A stretch of 64,000 nucleotides of DNA from Eledone cirrhosa (taxonomy: Eukaryota), in assembly GCA_964016885.1 (NCBI GenBank), contig OZ024742.1, forward strand, positions 280,860,001-280,924,000. The letters are read 5' to 3'. The position numbers were made by a program, and so were the translations under genes. The notes beneath the pieces were generated by a model. That model made no database searches and was not told the origin of the DNA. It saw only the letters and a list, made by a program, of their open reading frames with translations. Positions 43,383 through 58,919 of the stretch are shown here, in pieces (within the stretch, counting starts at the first letter, position 1; every line of letters starts with the position of its first letter).

Positions 43383-46300
43383 ATGGCTGTACTCAGAATA
43401 GGAAGTATAAATGCACGTGGCCTGGGGTCATCTTGGAAGCAGGGTCACCTGCTCAATGACCTCAGGTCACTAAACATAGATGTGGTGGCCATCAGTGAAA
43501 CCAGAATCTCCGAGGCACGGGACTTCGCACCGATCTTCGGTGGCTACGATGTATACGCATCTCCCAGCTGTCCAGGATCGGGGGGAGGGGTTGCCGTCCT
43601 TTTTCGGAGAGGCTTGGATCTCGCGATACGGGCCATCTTCCTGGACCCAGAAGGTAAGTCGGTGGTGCTGGACGTGACCGGCAGCGGGGGCAGGACGGCC
43701 AGATTTCTTCAGACGTCTAGAGACCTTTCTTGGAACGTTCCGCTCTTTAGTGTTATTAGGCGACTGGAACGGTATCTTGGATGCACGCTGGGATCGTGTG
43801 GGGCTAGTGAATAGGGGAGGAGGATGCAAGAGCCTCATCAACCTGCTCAGACGTTTTGAACTGTCTGACAGGTATCGACTGGATCACCCGAATGTGCCAA
43901 TGTGGACATGGACAAACCTCATCGGGTCATCCAGATGGTATCTAGATAGGGTATTCTGTAGGGAACTAGATAAGGCTAGTATAAGTTGTCCACAATTTAA
44001 AATAGTCGACTACACAGACCACAAATTTGTGATCTGTGAGATCGACATAGACAGACTTCATAGACAAGGGCCTTGTTACTGGAAGCTGAACGCGTCTTTC
44101 CCAGCGCGCAAGGCCTACAGAGACAGGATTAGCGTATTAGTTAAGCGGGATTTGACGGGAGCGGTCATTAACAACAGGTGGTGTTTCGCCCTGAAAAGGG
44201 CAATTAAAGTACAGTCGATTAGGTTTAGCAAAGGAGTAGTGATAGAGGAAAATAGAGTAGAGGGAGAGCTAGTCAGACAGCTAGAAGAGGCGTTTAGGAC
44301 AGGCATCGCAGCCGACGTGCTTGCGGCGAGATTGGCACTCAACCAATTCTTCAACGCAAAACACGAAGTCTGCGTTGTCAGAGCTAGAGCGCGTGCTCTG
44401 AAACACGAGGGGACAAAAGCCGTCCAATGGGCCCGGGTGGCAGAGGCGCGACGTGGCAATAAAGCCACAATTCGGTCTTTGTCTGACCAAAACGGGTGCG
44501 TGATGCTCGAACCCGAGCGGATGTGTGAAGCTTTTCAGCAGCACTTTGCTGAACTGTTCGGGAGCGGCGGCGGCCCGGATCGGGACATGGACTTCAGTGC
44601 ATACCTCGTCGGACTGCCTCGGCTCTCGACGACCGCAGCACAGTGTTGCGAAAAGCCAATAACAGCCGGTGAAATACGGGAAGCGATGGCTAACTGCACA
44701 AGAGGTAAATCGCCAGGTTTAGATGGTCTGCCCTACGAGCTTTATGCATTTATGCCAGACTTGTTCGGTGACCTATTGGCAGACGTCTACTGCAACTGGC
44801 AGCAGAACGAGAGCATTCCCAGTTTTGTGAGCCGGGGAGCAGTGGCGCTGCTGAGAAAAGACCCGAACAAGGGGGATGTTATTGATAATTTCAGGCCCAC
44901 AACTCTGCTAAACGCAGAGTTCAAGATTTTGGCCAAGGTGATAGCAACGTGGTTGGCACTTGTCGTCAAGGGTCTGGTGGGAGAGGCGCAGACATGCGCC
45001 ATCCCGGACAGATCCATACACGACAACCTCCACCTCATGCGATACATCATAGAGAGGGTGGTTAAGGAACCTGGCAAGGGTGGGGCCCTGATCAACTTGG
45101 ATCAATCCAAAGCATTCGATAGGGTCGACCATCGGTACCTGGCGGTGGTCCTCGAGACAGCTGGATTTGGGACCGTTTTCAGGCGTTGGATCGGAGCAAT
45201 GTACAGCGACATCTGGTCAGTTGTGAGGGTGAACGGTCACCTGTTGCAGCCGTTCAGCATCATGCGCTCAGTCCGCCAGGGTTGTCCCCTCTCGTCCCTC
45301 TTGTACGTATTGGCTCTCGAGCTGTTACTGCACAAACTGGGGGCGATGAGGGGCGTCCCACGCGAACTAGGATGCGGGAAATCCGAGTCGGCTTACGCTG
45401 ACGACGTCACCGTGGTGGTGTCGAGCAGCAGACACGTCCAGATGCTCGGCACCGCTCTCAAAGAATACGAACCGATGACAGGAGAAAAGATAAACCAGGA
45501 AAAGTCGGTGGGCTTGCAGCTAGGCACATGAAGAGGCAAGTCCATGCCGTCCGACAGTGTCGTGGGGCGTTGGACGGACGGACCGGTTAAATTGCTCGGG
45601 GTCTGGTTCGGACCGGACCTCCAGATGGAGAAAAACTGGAACGAGGTGACGAGCAGGGTGGCCTCCCTCACCCAGAAATGGGCTGAGAGGAAGCTGTCCC
45701 TGAAAGGCCGGGCGGAAGTGGCGAATGCGTACATCGCATCCGTCATCTGCTACCGCCTCACCGTCGTCTCTTGCTACAGCCCAACTCTCCCCAAACTGGT
45801 GCGCCTCCTCTTCCGCTTTTTGTGGAAGGGACGCGCTCCCATGGTCAGACGATCCATCTGCTGTCAACACTCGTTGCGTGGAGGACAGGGCATGCCATGG
45901 CTGATGATGCGCAAACATGCGCTGAGGCTGCGACATCTCTGGTGCTTCCTTGATGGTGAACGGGTGTGGTCGCCGTTCGCCAGGCACATTTTCCCACAGC
46001 TCGTCTCCTTGACGGAGCTGCAGTCCTGGGTCAGAAAAAGACCGAGGGATAGCGCTTGGAAACTGGAATGTCTCCAGGCGCTCACTGCCCTCTCCCAGTT
46101 GGGCAGCAGTATCGGTGGAACATCCACCTCGACGTTCTATAGAGGACTAGTGGAGGGGAAGAGCGACGACGTTCTCGGAGAGATCCTGGGCGTCGAAGAA
46201 GATCAGCTGCTTGCTCTCTTCCGGAGAACTTTCAGCATGGGGCCTATGGATAACTTCCAAAAATCCCTGACCTGGCAGTGCTACCGGGGAGCGCTGCCGG

Positions 46301-46761
46301 TTCGAGATAAGCTCTACAGGCACGGAAGTGCTGTCAGCCGAGCCTGTCCGAGATGCGCGCATAGCGACGAAACCGTTGTGTACGCACTCGTTCAGTGCCC
46401 GAGCATTGCTGACTTGTGGAGCTATGTCGAACAGTTGCTGTCACGTGTGGGACTGATCCGGTTGTCGAGTGAGTCCATTGTGCAGATGGTCTCGCCGTCT
46501 TCCTTTGAGGAGGAAGGGCAGGCGGTTTTCATCTGCCTGGTGGCCATGGCGAAATAGATTGTGTGGTGGACAAGGCTAAAAGGATTAAAGACAAACACTT
46601 TCCTCTTCGGCAAATCCCTGATTAACTTTTTCAAGTTTCACTTGAAGAGGAAAGTCAGGGTGGAGAGGCAAGTGCTGCTTTCTAGAAAATTTGTTGAAAG
46701 GTGGGTGAATGTAGCGAGAATGGTCCGAGTGAACGGGACCACTCTGAATATACGTCTGTAG
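43383..46761 (+). pseudogene. ORF2 APE endonuclease-RT-Cys domain, disrupted
   Basis: IGSINARGL, VAISET, LGDWN, LDR, TDH, WKLN, KSPGLDGL, LDQSKAFDRV, VRQGCPLS, YADD, CPRC; deletion/frameshift near 43700, stops at 45529 and 46555. Confidence 0.92.
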
Positions 46762-47032
46762 TTTGAGAGAGGGCGCTTGCCCTGGTAGTCAGGGTGGCCG
46801 TGGTCTTTTGTATGGTTTTCGCCACGAGTAACCCTCGGAGGTTTCCCCCCTATTGGGGAATTTTTCATCGTTTCAATTTTCATTTTATTGTTTATATATA
46901 TATATGTTTTATGTCTTTTTTCTTTTCTTATATAAATAATAAAAATATTTACACGCACAAAACCCACATCGTACCGTCCTGTTCCGTCTGTGATGTTTTT
47001 CTTGATGTCAGCCCTTGTGGCCAATAAAGAAA

Positions 47033-47080
<48 letters not shown>

Positions 47081-47083
<3 letters not shown>

Positions 47084-47473
47084 CTTGAATCTCAGTCATT
47101 GATGTTGGTTAACTGGAAAGTCCGTTGGAATGAATATCAAGCCACTACCTGCAGCCTCAGATATTCAGGACGTATCGGAGGGTTCTTGCTGTTCCCAGCA
47201 AGCATGCCTTTTGAAGCGTTCCAAAAAGCGTGAAGGGGCCGATTTTCTTTAACCATCCCTGGAAACTTTTGGAGATAGTCCCCAGTGCGCCTATGACAAT
47301 CGAGATCACTTTGACTTCATGGCAGTTCCAAATCCTTTTTATCTCCCACTTTAAGTCCTGGTATCGGTTAATTTTCTCCCTCTCCTTCTCTTGCACTCTC
47401 GTGTCGAATGGGCAGGCCACATCCACGATCAGACACGCTCTTTTTTCTTTGTCCACAACCACCAGGTCAGGTC

Positions 47474-47476
<3 letters not shown>
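47081..47476 (-). mobile_element. 5'-truncated family A 3' fragment
   Basis: Homologous to 29235-29630; TAA at both ends. Confidence 0.9.
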
Positions 47477-47537
<61 letters not shown>

Positions 47538-47544
47538 TTAATTC

Positions 47545-47595
47545 GTAGTAGTAGTAGCAGTAGTAGTAGTATTTGTAGTAGTAGTAGTAGTAGTT

Positions 47596-47628
<33 letters not shown>

Positions 47629-47746
47629 ATATTATTATTAGTAAACGTACTAGCAGTAGTAGAATTAGTAGTAGTCGTTGTAGTAGTATAAGTAGTAGTA
47701 GTAGTAGTAGCAGTATTAGTAGTAGTAATAGTAGTAGTAGCAGTAA

Positions 47747-47808
<62 letters not shown>
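47545..47808. repeat. (AGT)n microsatellite
   Basis: Directly visible. Confidence 0.95.
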
Positions 47809-48632
47809 TTGTGGACGTCATCCACCCCAACCTCTACCTCCTCATCATTATCATTATTAGTGTCCTTACCAAAATTATATTTACTTTTACTTAAAATTCA
47901 ACTTAATATATAAATATGTAGATATAAATATAATACAGAAATATTTAAACAGAAATAACAGTTTTTAGATAAAATTAAACAAAAAGTGAATAAATATAAC
48001 ATCAGCTGCAGCAACATCAACAACAGCAACAATAAATAATAAAAATAAATAACTAAAAAGAATCTGATGTATGAAAGTCAAACTAAAAAGTGAAGACTGC
48101 TTAGTAATTGCTGTGAGCTGAACAAAAAATGTATATGAATGAAATATAAACAAATTTCTGCACTTAAATTCGGAAGCGAATAATGGCTGGAACTGCGGAA
48201 ATCATGTCTTCGGGAATTCATTTCGTCATTTGTTCAAAGAATTTCGAAATAATACAATGGGAATACAAATGGAATAAATCAAGTTTCGCGTAAATTGGAC
48301 CACGGTTTCCGAGGTATTGGTTTTTTCTGGGTACCTTCATAAAGACAGAGGGAGAAGAATGCAGAGAAAAGGATAGTGGTTGTGTGAGAGTAGATAGAAA
48401 GAGAGGGAGAAGAGAGACAGAGAGAGATCTGGTGGTGTTGTGTATATATATGTGTGTGTATCTATAACCAGTGAATAAATTCCACAGACACCCATGTATA
48501 TATATATATATATATATAATAAAACACACATATATATATATAAGTTTTAATTATCTAAAAATTATTTTGAAGTGAACATGATTTTAACAAATATTTTGAA
48601 GTGAACGGGTGGTCTAGTTTATATATATATGT

Positions 48633-49319
<687 letters not shown>

Positions 49320-49325
49320 CGGAAG

Positions 49326-49361
<36 letters not shown>

Positions 49362-49363
<2 letters not shown>

Positions 49364-49510
49364 CGGAAGAAATGTGGTAAGGAACCAGGTGGACCATAAC
49401 GCACCAAAGTACTCAATACTTAGGGTAGTAGAGTGGGTAATAGGAACGAGTTGGACCCCAGAATTAGCCGTTGAAACGGTTTGAGCTCAGCCGTCGGGGT
49501 CCAACTTGTT

Positions 49511-49585
<75 letters not shown>

Positions 49586-49745
49586 CGAAGGAAATGTGGT
49601 AAGGAACCAGGTGGACCATAACGCACCAAAGTACTCAATACTTACGGTAGTAGAGTGGGTAATAGGAACAAGTAAGACCCCGACGGCTGAGCTCAAGCCG
49701 TTTCGACGGCTAATTCCGGACTTAGCCGTCGGGGTCTTACTTGTT

Positions 49746-49749
<4 letters not shown>
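49362..49749 (-). mobile_element. Two adjacent fold-back mini-PLE ends (49362-49514 and 49584-49749)
   Basis: Same family as 2810, 7517 and 16680; both end GTTCCTA|TATA. Confidence 0.88.
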
Positions 49750-49810
<61 letters not shown>

Positions 49811-50440
49811 GAAACGTATCTTACCACATCCTCTTTGTTGTTATATATATATGTACGTATATATGTATATGGTGGGTGTCTGCAATGTTTCTCTCTACCA
49901 TATCCCACTTACGAGGCAATGCTCAATTCAAAGGTAGAATAGATGGTACTTCTGCAAAGTACCACACAGTTGGAATGAAGCCAAAACACGCGGTTTCGGA
50001 ACCAAGTGATATATTTAATCACACAACCAGACAGAATGCGGTGATTTGTCATGAACATTTATTTTTAAAAAAATAAAGAGTGCAGATTTTATTTAACATT
50101 TTTCAGATATACTTTTAGAACGCGCAGCCATAGATTTTTATATATCAGCCATCAACACATTGGGTTCAAAGGTAACAAACTATACAGTTTACAAGATAGC
50201 TAACTATAGCTGACTCTACACATGTTAAGAGGTGGGGCATATATTTACAATGTTATTAGATTTATGGACGAAATGTTTTAAGAACGCAACGAGATGGATC
50301 GGCAGTAAAGATACATATATTATAAAATATTGCACTCATCGTGCATCACACAGAATCATATATATAATTTAAACATACATTTGTTGACAGAAGTGCAAAT
50401 ACCTATACATGCAATGCATAACATCGTATATATATATATG

Positions 50441-50525
<85 letters not shown>

Positions 50526-50639
50526 TAATGTATATATACATACATATATATACATACACACACACACACACTCACAGACACACACACACACACACACATA
50601 CACACACACACACATATATATATATATTTATTAGTAAAA

Positions 50640-53234
50640 AGGAAAAGAAAATGCTGACAAATTTTTCCCAGTACAACGAGGATGAATCATTAGCCAGAAA
50701 TAGAAGCAACTACACCCCTTCAAAAGGTAGAAATAAAATCCTGGACGAATTCTATGAACACATCACAAACTTCCCTTAGCAATACCAACACTTGCACAGA
50801 CAAAAATCACAAGCCAGACCTCAACAAGAAAGAATGGGAAGAATTAAGTAGATTAAAAACCGACAGACCTATTACAATTAAAGAGGCTGATAAATGGAGT
50901 GCAGTAGTCTTAATGGAGACAGAATTCTATATCAACTTACTACGAAAAAGCTGAACACTACAATAAACAGAATATTATATGAGAAACCTAAAAATGCTGA
51001 TCAACCCATACAAAGAAGGACTCATTAACAAGGAATTCAGCTTCATCGCAGACTTTACAAATAAATCCAGCCTTTTCTACTGTATATCTAAAGTTCATAA
51101 AAGCGAATTAATAAGTAAGGCATGCAGAGAAGCCACAAACTTCGTCATCAATATTCCCCTGACATAATGATCTCAAAATAAGACCTATAATAGCAGGCCC
51201 GCCTGCGAAACCCACCGCCTTAGCAACTTCATTGATACACTTCTCAAGCTTTTTCTCAAACACATTAAAAGCTACATATGGGACGACCTAGATATGCTCA
51301 ACCACCTCCCTAATATACCCCTTACCGAACAAACCCTGCTAGTGACGTTCGATGTAGTCAACCTACTCTCCCACATCCCCCACAACCTAGGAATAGAAGC
51401 TATCCAATTCTGGCTGGACAATTAGCACAATGAACTTTCACAACGCATCAAAAAGGAATTCGTGATAGAAGGACTCAAATTTATCTTGCAGAACAATTAC
51501 TTCGTTTTCAATAACAAATTCGACAGGCAGAAATCTCGGACTGCTATGGTAACGAAAGCGGCTCTCACTTATGCCAACCTAGTCATGGGATACATGGAAA
51601 TCACCATCTACACTAAAGAACTAAACAAATTTGGAAACACACTCCACTTACACATAGAAAGGAACTGGAAGCGATATCTAGATGACTGCTTCATCCTTTG
51701 GCACGAAAACACCGAGAAACTTAAAGAATTTAACACCCTTATAAATGGGCTCAACACGAACATTAATTTTACAATGGAATAGAGCCATCAACAACTCCCC
51801 TTCCTCGACATGCTTATTAAGATTCATAGCAAAAACATAGAAACAAACATATACTACAAGCCCACAGACTCCAAGCAATTCATGCCACCCTAGATACGTT
51901 AAAATTAAAATTCCGTACAACTTAGCCAAGAGAATCTGCACTATAGTTTCCAATTAAAAAGCTTGTTACATACGTCTAAAAGAACTAAAGGACACACTCA
52001 TAAGCAGGGACTTCCTTGCATCACTAATTGACAATGGAATCCAACGTGCCCTAAAACTCACTACCCAGGACCTTAGACACCCTAAAGTTAATCAACCGGA
52101 ACTAAAAGCTATTCCATACATCTCCACACACAATCCCTCAACAATGAGGTTTTGACACCATCCTCCAGAACATCCCTGTGTTGAAAAAGGACCATATAAT
52201 GAACCAAATCCTACGAACACACGATATCATAAAGAGCAAAAGACAATCTGTCAATGAAAAACATCCTAACACATGCCAAAGTACTGCCAACCACAACAAC
52301 AAAACCAACAGTAAAAAAAATGTGATAAACCCAACTATGTTATATGCATCAACCTAATAGAGGGTTCGGAATTCTATTTCATACAAGGACAACGTTTTAT
52401 AGTAAAGCACGATTTCACATGCGCTTCAGAAAACCTAATATATGTATTAAGTTGCTCAGCTTGTCGAGAACAATACATAGGCCAGACTAAAAACAGCTTC
52501 CGCCAACGCATGACTGTCCATAGATCCCAAATCAAAATACGGGAATACAGAAAAATAGCACTGAATGAACACATTGATACCTGTGCCGCCCAAAATCATC
52601 CCAACTTTAGAATCTTTGCCCTCTACAAATTTAAAGATAATGCCACCCACACCCAGCGCATCAGCAAGGAATCTCACTTTATTAACAAATGCGGACCCCG
52701 TCTAAACACTTCTTCCTAAGACAAACCCTCAATATACACACGTTGACATACATACCTACATCAGCATACATTCTACATACATTTCTATCCACATTTAAAC
52801 AAAATGACATACGTAAACACACATGTTCTAGGGTGCAACACAAATATACATAAATTCGCCTACCTTTTGATGTTTATGTGTATGTATGCCGACACGCACA
52901 CATACACATACGCACACATGTATTGCACATTTATGGGTGCATACATATTTGTACACAAGTATCCCATACGGTAGGGCCTAATGGATTCCCCCTGCAGTAC
53001 GTACAATCTGGATTCACACACGCCCTGTTGTTATGACAATACTAAACATCATTTCACCTCTTTTATTATTGATGTTATTGGTGTTCTTTTGAGAGAATAG
53101 GTTTTGCAAATGACTGAAAATATCGAATAATGTACGCCATTTTTGCCAGTGCCACAAAAATACTGGTCCATCCACAGACACACACACACACACACGCATG
53201 CACACGCGAACACTAACATACAGACAAACACACA

Positions 53235-53323
<89 letters not shown>

Positions 53324-53860
53324 CACACACACATATTTGTCTTAATAAACACCTGAACTGTTGACCTCTCAACTTTACTGCAACTCGATCAAGCGGAAAA
53401 GGACACCCTTCGACAAACATACATTTGGCACGAAACCAGCTCGCGCTAAAATCAATTCAAACATTCACGTCACTTCTACCGACCAATCAAAATTGTTTTG
53501 ACTACAAGAATTATGCAACATGAATTGGCGCGAAATTTTTAGTGCTTATTCACGTGACATTCAACAACCAACCAAATCTTAATGCCTCCCAAGCCACTTT
53601 TTTCACATAAAACAGGAAGAATTTCCAACACTGATCAGATTGGAGCAAAAATCACGAGCTCTCAATCTCAAAATTACTTTTGAAAATTATGATAAATGCG
53701 CAACCGGTAAAAACTTAAAACTAAAAATGAATACTAAATAATACTTATTACTAATTTATATTTATTCCCAATTAAACTATTTTTCACGGGACAAATTTGT
53801 CAGCATTTTCTTTTCCTTTTTTCTAATATATCACAACTCGTGTGTCACACCTCTCTCCCT
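50640..53860 (+). mobile_element. Decayed PLE of a second clade (Neptune-like): RT + GIY-YIG (50650-52719) + 3' pLTR
   Basis: IKEADK, SKVHK, RPIIAG, FDV, TAM.TK.A.TYANL.MGY, RYLDDCF, PFLD, LIYVLSCSACREQYIGQT; many stops and frameshifts; clade tentative. Confidence 0.85.
53677..53712 (+). ncRNA. Degenerate U3-A8 hammerhead (third family)
   Basis: CUU-UUGAAAA-...UGC-GcA-ACCGGU-A^AAA; homologous to 62781-62816. Confidence 0.4.
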
Positions 53861-54059
53861 ATATATATATACATGGGGAGGGTCATATTGCTGTAATAAT
53901 ATTGCCAGAATTATTAACAGAACACACTCACTGTTTGGTTGGTTTTCGCTTCTGTATATTTTATATCTGTTGATTTAATTAATTCGGTCCTCAATGTTTA
54001 CCATTGATTGAGCAACGGTAAAAAATACAGATATAATATAGACACACACACATATATAT

Positions 54060-55140
<1,081 letters not shown>

Positions 55141-55201
55141 TTGTTATACTTTGGGACACACGATTGCAGATAAAGAATCTTGCTAAACAAATTCAGAAAC
55201 G

Positions 55202-55246
<45 letters not shown>

Positions 55247-55289
55247 CATACACATAGTATATATATATATAATTACATACACATAGTGA

Positions 55290-55415
55290 AACGCATGGCT
55301 TAGTTGTTAGAGCGTCGAGGTTAAAATACTGAGTTTGTGCGTTCAATTCTTGGAACGGGCTTTGCTTTGAGTTCTTGAGCAAGACACTTTATTTCAGGTT
55401 GTTCCACTTCAGTAA
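55290..55415 (+). mobile_element. tRNA-derived SINE head (second family)
   Basis: A-box TGGCTTAGTTG, B-box GTTCAATTC, TTGAGCAAGACAC. Confidence 0.65.
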
Positions 55416-55579
55416 GCGAAATCATTGGTTTCAAGTTGTATCGGCCTTTGCTTTTCCCTTGGACAACATTGTTGACGTGGTGAGACTCTTACCCTTCTTT
55501 GATGGCAGTGGGGCAAATACTCTGGTCGGTGGACCATACAGTGTATGCAGTCTGTGATATAATGATTTGGCATCTCGTC

Positions 55580-56250
55580 TATGTGTTGAGGCTTAATATG
55601 ATGTGCTTTATCGCGTAACCATGATTCTTTTGCTGCTCGGAGGTTGCACTGCTCTCGTGCTTTACATCCTGTTAAAGTCTTATCCAGCCGAGATTTTCCT
55701 GCACCTTCCTTGGACCATGGCAAGAGCTTGTTTAGACATTTAGAAGTTATTTTCCTTAGAATGTTTTCCACCAGTGATATATTTACAGTAAACCAGTCCT
55801 GATTTTTTTTCTCTGCATAGCCTAAAGTTGTGCCCGCTGCTTCAAAAATACAGACATGCATCATCACTGTTGGTAACTTCAGTTTGCTGAACTGCTTCTT
55901 TCCATTTCTTGCCATTTGCTCTCTGACACCACAATGCTTCATCTTTTTTTGCGAACACGACTACGGTGATTTGCTCTTAGGTGCCGGTGCTGTCCCGAAT
56001 ATTCTTCCGCTGTCATGCAACGGATTGATACATCTGACATCCCGTAAAAAGGAACGTTTCACAATGGAATAATGAATAATATGCCAATGACGTAAACGTG
56101 GGTGCATCAAGTTCCAATTGTAGTTGTTTTTCTCTGTGAACCATGTGTTTACTATGGCAAGATTGTGTTCCTGCCACACCAGTAAGAGTCCATTTTCATT
56201 GCATTTTCATAGCATTTTCCCTTTCCATAACGTCCTTTGCTGCTCCATGT
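55580..56250 (-). pseudogene. Old RTE-clade LINE fragment (end of APE domain, linker)
   Basis: EHNLAIVNTWF..MHPRLRHWHIIHY..RDV and KKNQDWF resemble RTE motifs. Confidence 0.65.
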
Positions 56251-56360
56251 AGTAATGACCCACCCGTCACACACTGTCTTTTCTCTAAAAAAATATTATT
56301 TTTTGCTTCTGCCATTGCCTGTCTCCCTAATTTTTCTATTTGTTCTTTAATTTATCATAT

Positions 56361-56395
56361 TTTCTGATGAAGGAATATTGTCCGAAACTGTAAGA
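56361..56395 (+). ncRNA. Minimal hammerhead motif
   Basis: UUU-CUGAUGA-A-GGA-auauug-UCC-GAA-AC-u-GU-A^AGA. Confidence 0.6.
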
Positions 56396-56561
56396 CCCTT
56401 TTCCTACTATATCAACTTTAAAACTAATATATATTTCTTTATTTTACTAAGTTATTTCTCTTTGCCCTTTGCATACATATATATATATAGAAGTTAGTTT
56501 ACAAACATATTTGACTGTGGAATGTAAGTAGATTTATAGATGTCTTTCTCTCTCACTCTCA

Positions 56562-56609
<48 letters not shown>

Positions 56610-56660
56610 TTATATGTATATAAAGAGAGAGAGAGAGAGAAATAAATAATAAATAAATGA

Positions 56661-56693
<33 letters not shown>

Positions 56694-57101
56694 CATACAA
56701 ACATGCATACTTAGAGAAGCTCACACACATGCAAAAGAAGAAATCCTAATCTCACAGAAGATGGATCATTGTGTGAAAACTAAGCAAACTAAAAGCTTTG
56801 AAGGAGCAACACAACACAGGCAAAATGAAATGATATTTTGGAGGCTGTAACAACAAGCCGGATCTATCAATGTATTTATTAATATGACAGAGCCATTATT
56901 TAGATAGATCGCTTGCAACATTTACATGGCTGCTTTTACACAAAATTAGCTGCCAGAAACAACGTCTTTTTCTCGCTTGTCAGCAATCTCTATCTATAGC
57001 TTAGATGATAAATCTTCATTTACAAGCAACATATTATGTACGCGCACGCACGCACAAAAGCACCGACAAACAGACAGAGACACACACACACACACACACA
57101 C

Positions 57102-57162
<61 letters not shown>

Positions 57163-58138
57163 TGTGTCTGTGTGTGTGTGTATATATATATATATTTATA
57201 TATATATATATACATACACATATGTGTCTTTGGGTGGGTGGATGTGTCCTCATGTATTGGTTTTCGTATATAGCTCTGTTCATAAATTCCTATAGAAGAA
57301 AATATATTTATAAAATTACACACACACACACACACATTTATATAGAGATAGATATTTATATATATTGTTCACCATCTTAAAATTAATGTTTTTATTGGTT
57401 CAGTTCTTATTTTATAAATATATAGAGAGATTCATAAAGAAAAGGGCAATAATTATTAGTAGTTAGGTGAGTTGTAGGTTTGAAAATCGGTGACGAAATT
57501 CTTTTTTTTTTCATTGAAATGACAGATAAAGTGATATAACGTATTCCTTATTTATAATCGAATTGTTAAGGAAATTAAGAAGCTACATGGGTTAGATCCA
57601 ATATGGTTGAGAGCTGTTGGCATGGGTCTGAGACTTGGAGATGAGCAAGTGGCTATTCCTGTGCCAAAAATATAAAATTCCCATACAAACACATGAGTTC
57701 TCCCACCCCTCGATGTTCATGCAGAAATCCAGACGCGTTCCTCATGACCTACAATTCAACATAACTACCTTGTTATATGAAACATAAATCACCTCAACTG
57801 AACCAAAACAACAGAAGAAACTCAGGACATATGCAGTAATACAAGAGTGTCATTTTCAAAATTGTTTCCTTTACCAGGAAATTGCCTATATGCACCCAGA
57901 AAAGAGATTTGCCACTAAATTCGCAAGCCGTGTGTCGACTCTCGATTGTAGCGGCAGAGATTTCTTCATTAGGATCGAAGCCTTACTAATCATTTTTCCA
58001 TAGACTGAAGATGCAACAGCCTAAAGCTGCACTCCATAAGTAACTCCAAAAATACGAGAGCATATTTCTTCAGCCGATGCACACCTGTCTAAATATATAC
58101 ATAAAACTGGAAAAACGTAGTAGACATATATACCCATA

Positions 58139-58900
58139 TGTCACGCTATTCAAGGTACTTATCGATTTATCGATATCTTCTTATTGAGTGCTTGGTGCAG
58201 AGCTCCGAATATTGTTTTCTTTGCTGGAAAACTTGCCGCTACTTCCACTCTTATTATTCTCTCCTGGCTTAAATAATTAATTAATTAATTTAACTACTTG
58301 ATTTTTATTTATTGACTAATTATTTGTATTAGTTTAATAACCTGGTTGAGAGCTTCAAAATTCGGTAGATGTTGAATTGAGTCAATTATTTTGTTCACAC
58401 TTTGAATTTGCCCATCAAAAACCCGGATGTGTTCCTTCCTCTGCTTGAGAATGAACACGTGACAGCTCCGCAGTGTGTGATACTACAGTCACTTATGGAG
58501 ACGGTTCACACAGAGTTTTAGGCATGGAACGTAAACCTGTTGATAACGTGAGTTCACGTTTCTGTCTACAAATGCCACAAACTTGCATATTGTGCAAGAT
58601 GGATTGTTGATTTTGATTTCACCGAAACCAATAGAGGATATTGTATATCCATCGATACGGTTTGTTATTTAACCTGATTGTGTTTTCGTTGTTGTGGTGA
58701 CTACTATGGCTTTGTTCCCTTAACCACAGTATTCAATTTGTCACGCTATTTAACGTATGTTTATTACTCTAAGATGTAACTTATCGATTTATCGTTATCT
58801 TCTTATTGAGTGCTTCGTGCAAATCTTCGAATATTGTTTTCTTTCGTGAATGCTGGCCGAGCGCCGCATCTTCGATTTTACTATCTTCCACTCTTAGTAT
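58139..58900 (+). repeat. Diverged direct repeats (58139-58258 and 58739-58900)
   Basis: TGTCACGCTATT..ACTTATCGATTTATCG.TATCTTCTTATTGAGTGCTT..CGAATATTGTTTTCTTT..CTTCCACTCTTA twice, 600-bp period. Confidence 0.8.
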
Positions 58901-58919
58901 AAATTGTTAATATATATAT

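Larger units (their letters stand above)
41143..47034 (+). mobile_element. Apparently full-length Tx1/L1-clade non-LTR retrotransposon within (TTA)n
   Basis: ORF1 + ORF2, 3' AATAAA, ATT repeats on both sides. Confidence 0.92.

Noticed and set aside
57420-58130. Possible host exon or DNA-transposase remnant
   Set aside because: No ORF or motif I can support
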